From an uncultured Pseudomonadales bacterium (lineage in GTDB: Bacteria > Patescibacteriota > Microgenomatia > UBA1400 > PJMF01), in contig CAZUHV010000001.1 of assembly GCA_964620965.1 (NCBI GenBank), positions 213,839-277,838 on the forward strand: a stretch of 64,000 nucleotides of DNA. Reading direction: 5' to 3'. Shown piece after piece: positions 29,463 to 39,285 of the stretch. Positions within the stretch are counted from its first letter, which is position 1, and every line of letters begins with the position of its first letter. Under the pieces are notes generated by a model. That model saw only the letters and a list, made by a program, of their open reading frames with translations. It searched no databases and had not been told where the DNA came from. Both the position numbers and the translations under genes were made by a program.

Positions 29463-29867
29463 TTATTTCTTAATCACTGTTGTTTTAACTGATAGTTTGT
29501 GACCAGCTTTTGTGAATGCTTCTTTAGCCACTGCTTCAGTTACACCACCAAGTTCAAATAAAACTTGTCCTGGTCTGACTACTGCTACGTATTCTTCGAT
29601 GGCACCTTTACCAGATCCCATTTTCACACCAACTGGTTTGCTTGTAACTGGTTTGTGTGGGAACACTTTAATCCAGTATTTACCAGCTCTTTTTGTCATA
29701 AAGGTAATCTTTTTACGTGCTGCTTCAATTTGTCTAGCAGAAACCCAACCTCTTGTAGTTGCTTGTAAACCGAACTCACCAAAGGTAACAGTATTACCTC
29801 TTTGTGCGGTTCCACGCATCTTGCCTCTAAATGCTTTACGGTATTTTGATTTCTTAGGTTGTAACAT
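29463..29867 (-). CDS. rplP: 50S ribosomal protein L16
   Basis: MLQPKK, QIEAAR, KMGSGKG. Confidence 0.97.
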   Translation of the reverse strand: MLQPKKSKYRKAFRGKMRGTAQRGNTVTFGEFGLQATTRGWVSARQIEAARKKITFMTKRAGKYWIKVFPHKPVTSKPVGVKMGSGKGAIEEYVAVVRPGQVLFELGGVTEAVAKEAFTKAGHKLSVKTTVIKK

Positions 29868-29869
29868 AA

Positions 29870-30520
29870 TTAGATCACTTCGCCTTTATAAATCCATACT
29901 TTGACACCAACGTAACCAGATCTAGTATTTGCTGGAGTTTCGTAGTAGTCGATATTTGCTCTTAAAGTTTGTGTTGGAACACTACCTTCAAAGTATTTCT
30001 CAGTTCTACCAATTTCTGCTCCACCAACTCTACCTGCGAGTTGAATTTTAATTCCCTTTGCACCTGCTTGCATTGTTTTCTCAAGTGCTTGAGTAACTGC
30101 ACGTCTGTGTGGGAATCTTTTTACCAATTGACCAACAATCTTTTCTGCAACCAATTTTGCACTCAAATCTGGTTTTTTGACTTCTTCGACTCTTAAATCA
30201 ATCTTAACTTTATCTTTTTTAACTTTAGATACGTTTAAGATCTTTTCAATTTCTTTTTTAACGACCTCTAAGTTAGCTCCACCTTTTCCAATAACGACAC
30301 CTGGTCTTGAGACATGTAAGATAACTTTAATTGCTGTAAGTGATCTCTCAATGTCTACTTTAACTAAACCAGCACTTGCGAGTTTATCGTTTAAAAATTT
30401 TCTGAGTTTGTAATCTTCGAGTACTATGTCAGAATAATTTTTTGGATCAGCATACCAGCGAGACTTCCATGTAAAGGTAGTGCCGATTCTGAAGCCAGTA
30501 GGATTAACTTTTTGTCCCAT
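29870..30520 (-). CDS. rpsC: 30S ribosomal protein S3
   Basis: MGQKVNPTGFR (start at 30520), RPGVVIG, PTQTLRANIDY. Confidence 0.97.
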   Translation of the reverse strand: MGQKVNPTGFRIGTTFTWKSRWYADPKNYSDIVLEDYKLRKFLNDKLASAGLVKVDIERSLTAIKVILHVSRPGVVIGKGGANLEVVKKEIEKILNVSKVKKDKVKIDLRVEEVKKPDLSAKLVAEKIVGQLVKRFPHRRAVTQALEKTMQAGAKGIKIQLAGRVGGAEIGRTEKYFEGSVPTQTLRANIDYYETPANTRSGYVGVKVWIYKGEVI

Positions 30521-30567
30521 ATCTTTATTTCTTATTTCCTGTTTTTTACACAAGAATGTGTATTATA

Positions 30568-31041
30568 CTACTTTTTAGCCTTTTTTACAGAGGTTTTTTT
30601 AGAAGTTGTCTTTTTTTCAACTTTTTTTGCTTCTGCTGTAACTTCTGTTTTTGTTTCTACTTTTGTATCTTTTGATTTCTCTTCTGTTTCTTTTGCAACT
30701 TTTGGAGCTACACCAGCTTCGAGTTCAACTGAAACATGGCAAGTTCTCTTAAAAATTGTGTGTGCTCTTCCTCTACTTACAGCTCTAAATCTTCTGTATG
30801 TAGGACCTGGAGTAGCAGTAATACTCTTCAAAGTTAACTCTTCAACACTAAAACCATGATTGTGTACTGCATTGGCAATAGCTTGTCTTAAAACTTTTAA
30901 GACAACTAAGCTAGCTTTTTTCTGCATTACACCAAGTTGTTGTACAGCATCAGTTAAAGGTAGTTTTCTAACTTGATTAGCTACTAATCTAACTTTAAGT
31001 GCTGTTTGTCTAGTGTTTTTTTGTGTTGCTGTAATTATCAT
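30568..31041 (-). CDS. rplV: 50S ribosomal protein L22 with K/E/T-rich C-terminal tail
   Basis: KVRLVA, AIANA, RGRA..I.KRTCH. Confidence 0.95.
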   Translation of the reverse strand: MIITATQKNTRQTALKVRLVANQVRKLPLTDAVQQLGVMQKKASLVVLKVLRQAIANAVHNHGFSVEELTLKSITATPGPTYRRFRAVSRGRAHTIFKRTCHVSVELEAGVAPKVAKETEEKSKDTKVETKTEVTAEAKKVEKKTTSKKTSVKKAKK

Positions 31042-31065
31042 TTTTTGTATTCTTTCAATTAAACC

Positions 31066-31350
31066 TTAGGTCTTAGCCAAGACACGTTTCACAACCTTAC
31101 CGTGACCTCTGAAGGTTCTTGTAGGAGCGAACTCACCAAGCTTATGTCCAACCATTGCTTCATTAACAAATACTTCAACAAAGTTCTTACCTTGATGTAC
31201 AAGGAAGGTGTGTCCAACAAAATCTGGAGAGATAACACATGCTCTGCTCCATGTCTTAATTGCGGACTTGTCTCCGTTTGCTTTTTGAACCATAACTTTC
31301 TTAAGAAGTTTTGGGTCAATAAATGGTCCTTTTTTGCTTGATCTTGACAT
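31066..31350 (-). CDS. rpsS: 30S ribosomal protein S19
   Basis: [26 protein letters not shown]. Confidence 0.97.
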   Translation of the reverse strand: MSRSSKKGPFIDPKLLKKVMVQKANGDKSAIKTWSRACVISPDFVGHTFLVHQGKNFVEVFVNEAMVGHKLGEFAPTRTFRGHGKVVKRVLAKT

Positions 31351-31365
31351 ATTATATATTTCCTA

Positions 31366-32199
31366 TTATTTAACTCTTCTGTCTCTAACAATCCATCTGT
31401 TAGTTCTGTGATTTTTCTTTCTTGTTTTCTTACCAAGTGCATGTTTGCCCCATGGTGTTTTTGGATATTTCAAACCAACTCCAGATCTACCTTCACCACC
31501 ACCGTGTGGATGTGAATCTGGGTGTTGAGCAGTTCCACGAACCGCTGGTCTGATACCCATTAAACGTTTTCTACCTGCTTTACCAATTTTTCTGTTTTTC
31601 CATTCTTGATTACCAACTTGACCAATTGTAGCGATACAATCTGCGTTAACTAATCTTAATTCTTTTGAAGGTAATTGAATTGTGACGTATTTACCTTCTT
31701 TTGCTTGAATCATTGCTCCAGTTCCAGCACTCTTAACTAATTGAGCACCTTTTCCTGGTCTTAGTTCAATGTTGTGAATAAATAAACCAATAGGAATGTT
31801 CTTTAAAGGAACTGCATTACCTGGTTTTGCGTCTGCTTTTTCACCAGCAACAACTTTGTCTCCAACTTGTAAACCTTGAGGAGCTAAGATGTATGCTTTT
31901 TCACCATCTGCATATACTAACAATGCTAAGTTTGCACTTCTCATTGGATCGTATTCAAGTCTTGAAACAACTGCTTCAATACCTTGTTTGCTTCTTTTCC
32001 AATCAATGATACGCATTCTTTTCTTAACACCACCACCTCTGTGTCTCACAGTAACGTGACCTTGGAAACCTCTTCCTTGTCTCTTTTTGTGACCAGAAAC
32101 TAATAATGATTTTTCAGGAGCACCCTTGTACAAGTCTGTACGATCAATGCTGACTTGATGTCTTCTTCCTGCTGTAGTTGGTTTTTGTTTTCTTAACAT
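31366..32199 (-). CDS. rplB: 50S ribosomal protein L2
   Basis: [22 protein letters not shown]. Confidence 0.97.
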   Translation of the reverse strand: MLRKQKPTTAGRRHQVSIDRTDLYKGAPEKSLLVSGHKKRQGRGFQGHVTVRHRGGGVKKRMRIIDWKRSKQGIEAVVSRLEYDPMRSANLALLVYADGEKAYILAPQGLQVGDKVVAGEKADAKPGNAVPLKNIPIGLFIHNIELRPGKGAQLVKSAGTGAMIQAKEGKYVTIQLPSKELRLVNADCIATIGQVGNQEWKNRKIGKAGRKRLMGIRPAVRGTAQHPDSHPHGGGEGRSGVGLKYPKTPWGKHALGKKTRKKNHRTNRWIVRDRRVK

Positions 32200-32216
32200 G
32201 TCGTATCTTCTAACCT

Positions 32217-32519
32217 TTAATTTTGTGCCTCAGAGATATCAAACAAATCAATTGCGTGACCCTCTTTTAAAGTAACTAATGCTTTTTTAACCTTACCTGT
32301 TGTGACAGATAATCTTCTCTTACCAGTTCTTTTGACACCTTTTTGGTTCACAACAGTTCTAATTGAAGCTACTTCAACAGAAAATAACTTTTCAATAGCT
32401 TCTGTGATTTGGTCTTTGTTTGCAGTTGTTTGAACAACAAAAGTGTATGTGTTGTCAACGTTTGCAAGTCTTAAAGACTTTTCTGTAATAACTGGTTTAA
32501 TAACAATGTAAGGATTCAT
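32217..32519 (-). CDS. rplW: 50S ribosomal protein L23
   Basis: PVITEKS, KKALVTL. Confidence 0.95.
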   Translation of the reverse strand: MNPYIVIKPVITEKSLRLANVDNTYTFVVQTTANKDQITEAIEKLFSVEVASIRTVVNQKGVKRTGKRRLSVTTGKVKKALVTLKEGHAIDLFDISEAQN

Positions 32520-32521
32520 AC

Positions 32522-33217
32522 TTATTTACTCTTTTTTTCAGTTTTTTCTACCTTAGCACTTGTAGCTTTTTCAGCTTTTGGTGCTTCTTTTTTAGCTTTA
32601 ACTTCAAGTCTTTTTTCGATATTTTTTAATGCTTTGCTTGTCATAACAACTGAATCAGCTGATGCAATATCAAGAGCATTTACTAAAGCATCCTGGACAA
32701 TTTCGATTCTTTCGATATTTCTGAATGCTTTTAACACATCTTTTGTATCTTCGTCTAAGATGAGTAAAACTTTTTTGCCTGTGACATTAATTGTGTCTAA
32801 GAATTTTGCAGCATTTTTGGTTTTACCTTCAATTTCTGCAAAGTTATCAGCAACAACAATGTTTTCTGCTTGTGCACTTAATGCAGTAATTAATGCTTTT
32901 TTCTTCATTTTCTTTGAAAGATCTCTGTCCCAATTTTCAATACCTTTAGGACCGTGAGCAACACCTCCTCCAACAAAAATTGGAGCTGATTTTGCACCAT
33001 GACGTGCGTTACCCGTACCTTTTTGTTTCCAGATTTTTCTTCTAGAACCAGTAACTTCACCTCTTGTTTTAACTCTGCTTGTACCTTGTCTCTTGTTTGA
33101 TAAGTAGACTCTTACTGCTTGAGCTAAAAGTTCTGTATTAACTGCTGCACCAAAAACGTCATCACTGACAGTGACAGTAGAAAATTTGTTAGCTGCTGTG
33201 ATACTTGTAACTTTCAT
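32522..33217 (-). CDS. rplD: 50S ribosomal protein L4
   Basis: RQGT, QKGTGNARHG, GGGVAHGP. Confidence 0.97.
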   Translation of the reverse strand: MKVTSITAANKFSTVTVSDDVFGAAVNTELLAQAVRVYLSNKRQGTSRVKTRGEVTGSRRKIWKQKGTGNARHGAKSAPIFVGGGVAHGPKGIENWDRDLSKKMKKKALITALSAQAENIVVADNFAEIEGKTKNAAKFLDTINVTGKKVLLILDEDTKDVLKAFRNIERIEIVQDALVNALDIASADSVVMTSKALKNIEKRLEVKAKKEAPKAEKATSAKVEKTEKKSK

Positions 33218-33220
33218 GTC

Positions 33221-33997
33221 TTATTCTGCGCTTTCTTCTGTAACTTCTTCTTTTGGTTCCTCTTTTGGAAGAACAATGTTTGAAGCATCGTAATCGAGTT
33301 CAATTGCTTTGGTTTTACCAATTTTTGTGATTTTGACTTCATTCATGATAGAACCTGGAACAGGACCTGAAAGCCAAATTTCGTTATTTGCTGTATCAAT
33401 GTGTAAAACGACTAAACCAGTAACTGTTTTTGTCTCTACACCATAGTGTCCAGGCATTCTTTGGCCTTTCCAAACGTGACCTGGAGTTGTACCAGGACCA
33501 ATAGAACCAACTGCTCTTGCACGATCAGATTGACCGTGTGTAGCTGGACCACCATGAAAACCATGTCTCTTCATTGCACCAGCAAATCCGCGACCTTTGG
33601 TAGTACCTTGAACTTGAACAACATCACCAACTGTTAAGACTGCGTCTGCAGAAATAACATCACCAACTTTATAGTCAGTTTCTGTTGCTGGCATATGTTT
33701 GTCATTAACAACTCTGACACCTTCAATATTCTTGTATCCAAAAGAAAAACCACCTTTTTCTAGTCTAGATCGAAGTGGTTTATCCATATTTTTGAGTTTT
33801 TTCTTACCATAGCCAACTTCTAAAATTGTGCAAGGAAGGGTTTCTCTTTTTTGTGAATTCTTATCAAGGACAGCAATTTCTTGCTTACCAACGACTGCCA
33901 TTTCATCGAGTGAAACACGAGTCACAGCCAAGCGTTGACCTTTCTTTGTCCAAGCTTGTGTCATACCTAATTTGGTAGCAAATGTGTCTAATATCAT
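33221..33997 (-). CDS. rplC: 50S ribosomal protein L3
   Basis: KLGMTQ, KGRGFAGAMKRHGF, THG, GPVPG. Confidence 0.96.
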   Translation of the reverse strand: MILDTFATKLGMTQAWTKKGQRLAVTRVSLDEMAVVGKQEIAVLDKNSQKRETLPCTILEVGYGKKKLKNMDKPLRSRLEKGGFSFGYKNIEGVRVVNDKHMPATETDYKVGDVISADAVLTVGDVVQVQGTTKGRGFAGAMKRHGFHGGPATHGQSDRARAVGSIGPGTTPGHVWKGQRMPGHYGVETKTVTGLVVLHIDTANNEIWLSGPVPGSIMNEVKITKIGKTKAIELDYDASNIVLPKEEPKEEVTEESAE

Positions 33998-34103
33998 ACC
34001 AATAATATCTATAATTCAATTTTTTTACTATTTCTTTAATTAGTTCTTGATACATCTTTTTATATATATCGAACCTTTATTTCTCTACTTAGTAATATCT
34101 CCA

Positions 34104-34436
34104 TTACATCTTGATTTGAATTGAAACACCTGCTGGTAGTTCCAAATGCATCAAGGAGTCGATGGTTTTACTTGTTGGATTGACAATGTCAATCAAACGT
34201 TTGTGAGTCTTAATATGGTAGTGCTCTTGAGCATTCTTGTCTGTGTGTGGAGATACCAACACAGTGAATTCTCTTTTGTGTGTAGGAAGAGGAACTGGTC
34301 CAACAACCTTAGCACCTGTTGAGAGCGCTGTTTCCAAAATCTTTTGTCCTGCAGCATCAATTACTCTGTGATCATAAGATTTTAGTCTTACACGAATCTT
34401 ATATGCAGCGTTGGTTTTTTGATTTTGTTTTGCCAT
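34104..34436 (-). CDS. rpsJ: 30S ribosomal protein S10
   Basis: [25 protein letters not shown]. Confidence 0.97.
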   Translation of the reverse strand: MAKQNQKTNAAYKIRVRLKSYDHRVIDAAGQKILETALSTGAKVVGPVPLPTHKREFTVLVSPHTDKNAQEHYHIKTHKRLIDIVNPTSKTIDSLMHLELPAGVSIQIKM

Positions 34437-34507
34437 TTTTGTAACTCTATTTTTTAATATTACTTAGTATCTTTTTTTATTTCTACGTATTTAAAACGTA
34501 GGACGCA

Positions 34508-34536
34508 ATTATACACAATATTCCTCAAGTTGTAAA
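34508..34536 (-). promoter_or_regulatory. S10 operon promoter
   Basis: TTTACA-N17-TATAAT. Confidence 0.7.
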
Positions 34537-34629
34537 GCCTGGAAGCTAAACTTTGTTTTTTTTGGTAAAAAACTAGATTATATATTTGTATGTACAATCC
34601 ACTTGTTAACCAAAAAAACTTGGTGCTTC

Positions 34630-34665
34630 AAACTTTTCGCCCCGCGAAAAGCGGGGCGAAAGTTT
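34630..34665 (-). terminator. Strong GC-rich hairpin after tuf (terminator-like)
   Basis: TTTCGCCCCGC-loop-GCGGGGCGAAA inverted repeat. Confidence 0.7.
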
Positions 34666-34680
34666 AAATTCAATACTTAA

Positions 34681-35874
34681 TTATTTAAGAATCTTGGTGA
34701 TAGCACCTGCACCAATTGTGTGTCCACCTTCACGAATAGCGAAGCGAAGACCTTCTGCTGCTGCGACTGGAACAATAAGTTTAACAGTCATCTTAGCATC
34801 GTCACCTGGCATAACCATTTCAACTCCATCTGGAAGTTTGATTTCACCAGTAACGTCTGTTGTTCTGATATAGAACTGTGGTCTATAACCTGTAAAGAAT
34901 GGTTTGTGTCTTCCACCTTCTTCTTTGGTTAAGATATAGACTTGTGCTTCGAATTCAGTGTGAACTGAGGTTGAACCTGGTTTAGATAAAACTTGACCTC
35001 TTTCGACGTCGTCTTTACCAACACCTCTTAACAAGATACCAACGTTGTCACCTGCTTCACCTTGATCAAGCATTTTACGGAACATTTCAACACCAGTAAC
35101 TGTTGTTTTTTGTGTGTCTTTAATACCAGTGATTTCAACTTCTTCACCTACTTTAACAACACCAGTTTCAATACGACCTGTAACAACTGTACCTCTACCT
35201 TTGATAGAGAAAACGTCTTCAACAGGCATTAAGAATGGTTTGTCTAATTCTCTGACTGGGTCAGGAATGTATGTGTCGACTGCACCCATAAGTTCCATAA
35301 TTTGATCTTGTGCTGCAGCATCGCCTTCAAGAGCTTTCAAAGCTGAAACTCTGTGAACTGGAGCGGAGTCACCGTCAAATCCATATTTGGTTAAGAGTTC
35401 TCTGACTTCCATTTCGACTAAGTCGAGAAGTTCAGCGTCATCAACCATATCACATTTGTTTAATGCAACAACTAATCTTGGAACTGCAACTTGTTTTGCC
35501 AACAAGATATGCTCACGGGTTTGTGGCATTGGACCATCTGTAGCTGCAACAACTAAAATTGCACCGTCCATTTGAGCTGCACCAGTGATCATGTTCTTGA
35601 TGTAGTCAGCGTGACCTGGAGCGTCAATGTGTGCATAGTGTCTTTTCTCTGTTTCGTATTCGATGTGAGAAATGTTAATTGTAACACCACGTGCTGCTTC
35701 TTCTGGAGCATTGTCAATGTCCAAGTAATTTTTTGCTACATTAACTCCACCTGGAACTCTTGCTGCCAAAGTGGTAGCAATAGCTGCAGTAAGAGTGGTT
35801 TTACCGTGGTCAACGTGACCAATAGTACCGATGTTTACGTGCTTTTTATCACGATTGTATTTTACATCTGCCAT
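34681..35874 (-). CDS. tuf: Elongation factor Tu
   Basis: [28 protein letters not shown]; AGGAGG RBS. Confidence 0.99.
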   Translation of the reverse strand: MADVKYNRDKKHVNIGTIGHVDHGKTTLTAAIATTLAARVPGGVNVAKNYLDIDNAPEEAARGVTINISHIEYETEKRHYAHIDAPGHADYIKNMITGAAQMDGAILVVAATDGPMPQTREHILLAKQVAVPRLVVALNKCDMVDDAELLDLVEMEVRELLTKYGFDGDSAPVHRVSALKALEGDAAAQDQIMELMGAVDTYIPDPVRELDKPFLMPVEDVFSIKGRGTVVTGRIETGVVKVGEEVEITGIKDTQKTTVTGVEMFRKMLDQGEAGDNVGILLRGVGKDDVERGQVLSKPGSTSVHTEFEAQVYILTKEEGGRHKPFFTGYRPQFYIRTTDVTGEIKLPDGVEMVMPGDDAKMTVKLIVPVAAAEGLRFAIREGGHTIGAGAITKILK

Positions 35875-35987
35875 AAAAGGGCCTCCTATTAATAATTTAC
35901 TAAATTATTTCTACTTTCTACTCGAGTCTAATATTATATTTGCTTCTGTTTAATCTGTCGAGAAGCAGTTACTATATCAGACCATTT

Positions 35988-38114
35988 TTACGCGTTACTT
36001 GATTTTTGATCTGCAACAATTTTTTCTGTAATGTTGTTTGGAACAAAGTCATAGTGACTTGGCAACATAACAGAAGATGCGCGACCTTTGGTCATACTTC
36101 TTAAAGTTGTGACATATCCTTGCATTTCTGCTAATGGAGCTAATGCTGTGATAATTGTAACACTACCTCTTGAAGTTGTTCCTTGAATTTGTGCTCTTCT
36201 TGAACCTAGATCACCAATAACGTCTCCCATGTATTCTTCTGGAGTAGAAACTTCAACCTTCATAATAGGTTCAAGTAACATCATTCCAGCTTGTGCGGTT
36301 GCACTCTTCATAGCCAAAGAACCAGCCATCTTAAATGCAATTTCACTAGAGTCAACATCATGGTAAGAACCATCATAGAGTGTAACTTTAATGTCACTCA
36401 TTGGGTATCCAGCAAGGAAACCTCTTTCTAATGATTCTTGTACACCTTTATCTGTTGGTTTGATGAATTCTTTAGGAACAACACCACCAGTAATTGCATT
36501 GACAAATTCGTAACCAGTTCCACGATCTTTTGGTTCAACTTTCAACCAAACATGACCATATTGACCACGACCACCAGACTGTTTGATGTATTTACCTTCA
36601 GCTTCTGCTGGTTTGGTAATAGTTTCTCTGTACGCAACTTGTGGAGTACCAACGTTAGCATCAACTTTGAACTCTCTTTTCATACGATCAACGAGAATTT
36701 CAAGATGTAATTCACCCATACCACCGATAATAGTTTGTCCAGTTTCTGGGTTGGATTTAATAGAAAAGGTTGGATCTTCTTCGGAAAGTTTTGCTAAAGC
36801 AAGTCCCATTTTTTCTTGGTCTGATTTTGTTTTTGGTTCAATTGCCAAAGAAATAACTGGATCTGCAAAAGTAATACCTTCAAGAACAATTGGATGTGCT
36901 TCATCACAAAGTGTGTCTCCAGTTTTTGTTGCTTTAAGACCAACAATTGCGACAATTTCACCTGCTTCTGCTCTTGCAATTTCTTCTCTTTCGTTTGCAT
37001 GCATTAAGAGTAAACGACCAACTCTTTCTTTTTCTCTAGAAGTTGAGTTATAAATATAACTACCTGCTTCAAGAACTCCAGAATATACACGAGTGTAGGT
37101 AATTCTACCAACGTGTGGGTCTGTTTGAACTTTAAATGCCAATGCACAGAATTTTTCGTTAGGAACGAGTTTTCTCTCTTCTTTTGCTTCAGTTTTTGGA
37201 TTTGTACCTTCAATATGGTTAATATCAACTGGAGATGGAAGGTATTCTACGACTGCGTCAAGAACAGGTTGTACACCAGTATTCTTTAATGAAGAACCTG
37301 CATAAACTGGAACTAATTTGTAATCAATAACTGCTTTTCTTAAAGCAGCTTTTAATTCATTAAGTTCAAGCTCTTCACCACCAAAGAATTTTTCAAGAAG
37401 TGCATCGTCTGTTTCTGCAATTTGCTCAACAAGTTGTGCTCTTTTTTCTTCAACAATTGCCTTGTATTCTTCTGGAATTTCACGAACGTCTGGTTCTGTT
37501 GCTTCAGTTTTGTCTTCCCAAAAAAGTGCTTTTCTCTCGAGAAGTTGGATAACTCCGTCAAACTCACTTTCAGCACCCATTGGATGAACCATAACTGCTG
37601 GAGTGACCCCAAATTTTTCTCTAATATCTTGAACTGTTGCATAAAAATCTGCACCAAGTTTATCCATTTTGTTAACAAAACAAATTCTTGGAACATTATA
37701 TTTATCAGCTTGTCTCCACACTGTTTCTGATTGTGATTGGACACCTTCAGAAGCATCAAGAACAGTAATACCTCCATCAAGAACACGTAAAGAACGTTCT
37801 ACTTCTGCAGTAAAGTCAACGTGCCCTGGAGTATCAATAATGTTAAATCTGTAAGGAGCTTTTTCTAGGTGAACATCAAAGTGAGGCTCCCAGAAACAGG
37901 TTGTTGCAGCACTGACAATGGTAATACCACGTTCTTGTTCTTGTTCCATCCAGTCCATTGTTGCAGCACCTTCGTGAACTTCACCAATTTTGTAAGTTCT
38001 TCCAGTAAAAAACAATATTCTTTCTGAAGTTGTTGTTTTACCTGCATCGATGTGCGCAATGATACCGATATTTCTAATTCTATGTAATGGAACGTTTTTT
38101 GGTTTGCCTGCCAT
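35988..38114 (-). CDS. fusA: Elongation factor G
   Basis: [38 protein letters not shown]. Confidence 0.99.
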   Translation of the reverse strand: MAGKPKNVPLHRIRNIGIIAHIDAGKTTTSERILFFTGRTYKIGEVHEGAATMDWMEQEQERGITIVSAATTCFWEPHFDVHLEKAPYRFNIIDTPGHVDFTAEVERSLRVLDGGITVLDASEGVQSQSETVWRQADKYNVPRICFVNKMDKLGADFYATVQDIREKFGVTPAVMVHPMGAESEFDGVIQLLERKALFWEDKTEATEPDVREIPEEYKAIVEEKRAQLVEQIAETDDALLEKFFGGEELELNELKAALRKAVIDYKLVPVYAGSSLKNTGVQPVLDAVVEYLPSPVDINHIEGTNPKTEAKEERKLVPNEKFCALAFKVQTDPHVGRITYTRVYSGVLEAGSYIYNSTSREKERVGRLLLMHANEREEIARAEAGEIVAIVGLKATKTGDTLCDEAHPIVLEGITFADPVISLAIEPKTKSDQEKMGLALAKLSEEDPTFSIKSNPETGQTIIGGMGELHLEILVDRMKREFKVDANVGTPQVAYRETITKPAEAEGKYIKQSGGRGQYGHVWLKVEPKDRGTGYEFVNAITGGVVPKEFIKPTDKGVQESLERGFLAGYPMSDIKVTLYDGSYHDVDSSEIAFKMAGSLAMKSATAQAGMMLLEPIMKVEVSTPEEYMGDVIGDLGSRRAQIQGTTSRGSVTIITALAPLAEMQGYVTTLRSMTKGRASSVMLPSHYDFVPNNITEKIVADQKSSNA

Positions 38115-38138
38115 ATCCTTTGTGCTTTCTTAACTAGT

Positions 38139-38615
38139 TTACCATCTAAAGTGTGCGAATGCCTTGTTAGCGTCAGCCATTCTGTGTGAAGTGTTTCTCT
38201 TACCAACTGCTCCACCTTGTCCTTCTAATGCGTCTAACATTTCAGCAACAAGTTTTTCAGCAAATGTGTGATGTAATTTGCTTGGTCTTTTAGCAGCTTC
38301 TGTGACTAACCATCTTAAAGCTAGTGCAAAACCTCTTTTTGCTCTAACTGGCATTGGGACTTGATAAGAAGCACCACCAACACGGCGTGATCTTACTTCC
38401 ATTTGAGGGGTAATTGCTTTAACAACTTCTTCAAATGCTTCTACTGGTTTTCTACCAGTTTTTTCTGCAAGCATTTCAAGTGCGCCATACACTTGTTTTT
38501 GAGCAACGGTTTTCTTACCGTCGTTCATTACGTAGTTGATAAATTTTGTAACTCTTGTTGAGTTATACTTGCCATCAGGCAATACTTTTCTGACTGGAGC
38601 TTTTTTAGTTCTCAT
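38139..38615 (-). CDS. rpsG: 30S ribosomal protein S7
   Basis: SRRVGGASYQVP, ANKAFAHFRW. Confidence 0.98.
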   Translation of the reverse strand: MRTKKAPVRKVLPDGKYNSTRVTKFINYVMNDGKKTVAQKQVYGALEMLAEKTGRKPVEAFEEVVKAITPQMEVRSRRVGGASYQVPMPVRAKRGFALALRWLVTEAAKRPSKLHHTFAEKLVAEMLDALEGQGGAVGKRNTSHRMADANKAFAHFRW

Positions 38616-38707
38616 GATACTTTCTTCTCCGCTTCTGTCGTGTAGGTTTCTACCTACAAGCGAATACTTTCATTACTAATTTTTTATACTTTTATATATC
38701 TATATTA

Positions 38708-39121
38708 TTATGCGTTTTTCTTTACACCATATTTACTGCGTGAAGTTTTTCTTCCATTAACACCGGCGGCATCATATTTACCTCTAACGATGTGGTACTT
38801 CACACCAGGTAAGTCTTTTACTCTTCCACCTCTAACTAAAACGATGCTGTGTTCTGCCAATGAGTGACCTTCACCCATAATGTATGCAGTAACTTCCATT
38901 TTGTTTGAGAGTCTTACACGAGCAACTTTACGTAAAGCTGAGTTAGGTTTCTTTGGAGTCATTGTTTTAACAACAGTACATACCCCACGTTTTTGAGGGT
39001 TGGTTGTTTTAACTTGTTTACCAGTATTAGAGTTAAAACTTCTACGAAGTGCTTGGGCTTTAACTTTCTTAGGTTTACTCTTACGTCCACCTTTTCTAAT
39101 TAACTGATTTATTGTTGGCAT
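38708..39121 (-). CDS. rpsL: 30S ribosomal protein S12
   Basis: MPTINQL (start at 39121), [19 protein letters not shown]. Confidence 0.98.
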   Translation of the reverse strand: MPTINQLIRKGGRKSKPKKVKAQALRRSFNSNTGKQVKTTNPQKRGVCTVVKTMTPKKPNSALRKVARVRLSNKMEVTAYIMGEGHSLAEHSIVLVRGGRVKDLPGVKYHIVRGKYDAAGVNGRKTSRSKYGVKKNA

Positions 39122-39243
39122 AGTTTGCTTTCTTAATTTTTGTTTTTTTGTTTTGTTTCTAGTATTGTTATGTCGCGCTTTTTTTTGCACACTACTACCA
39201 AAAAATAACGCGAGAACTGATTATATCACAGAAAGTTATTTTG

Positions 39244-39273
39244 TTGAGGCGCAACTTTTCAGTTGCGCCTCAA
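39244..39273 (-). terminator. 13-bp hairpin after rpoC (terminator or 3'-stabilising stem; no clear U-tract)
   Basis: Minus strand TTGAGGCGCAACT-GAAA-AGTTGCGCCTCAA. Confidence 0.6.
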
Positions 39274-39285
39274 ATAAACTTCGTT

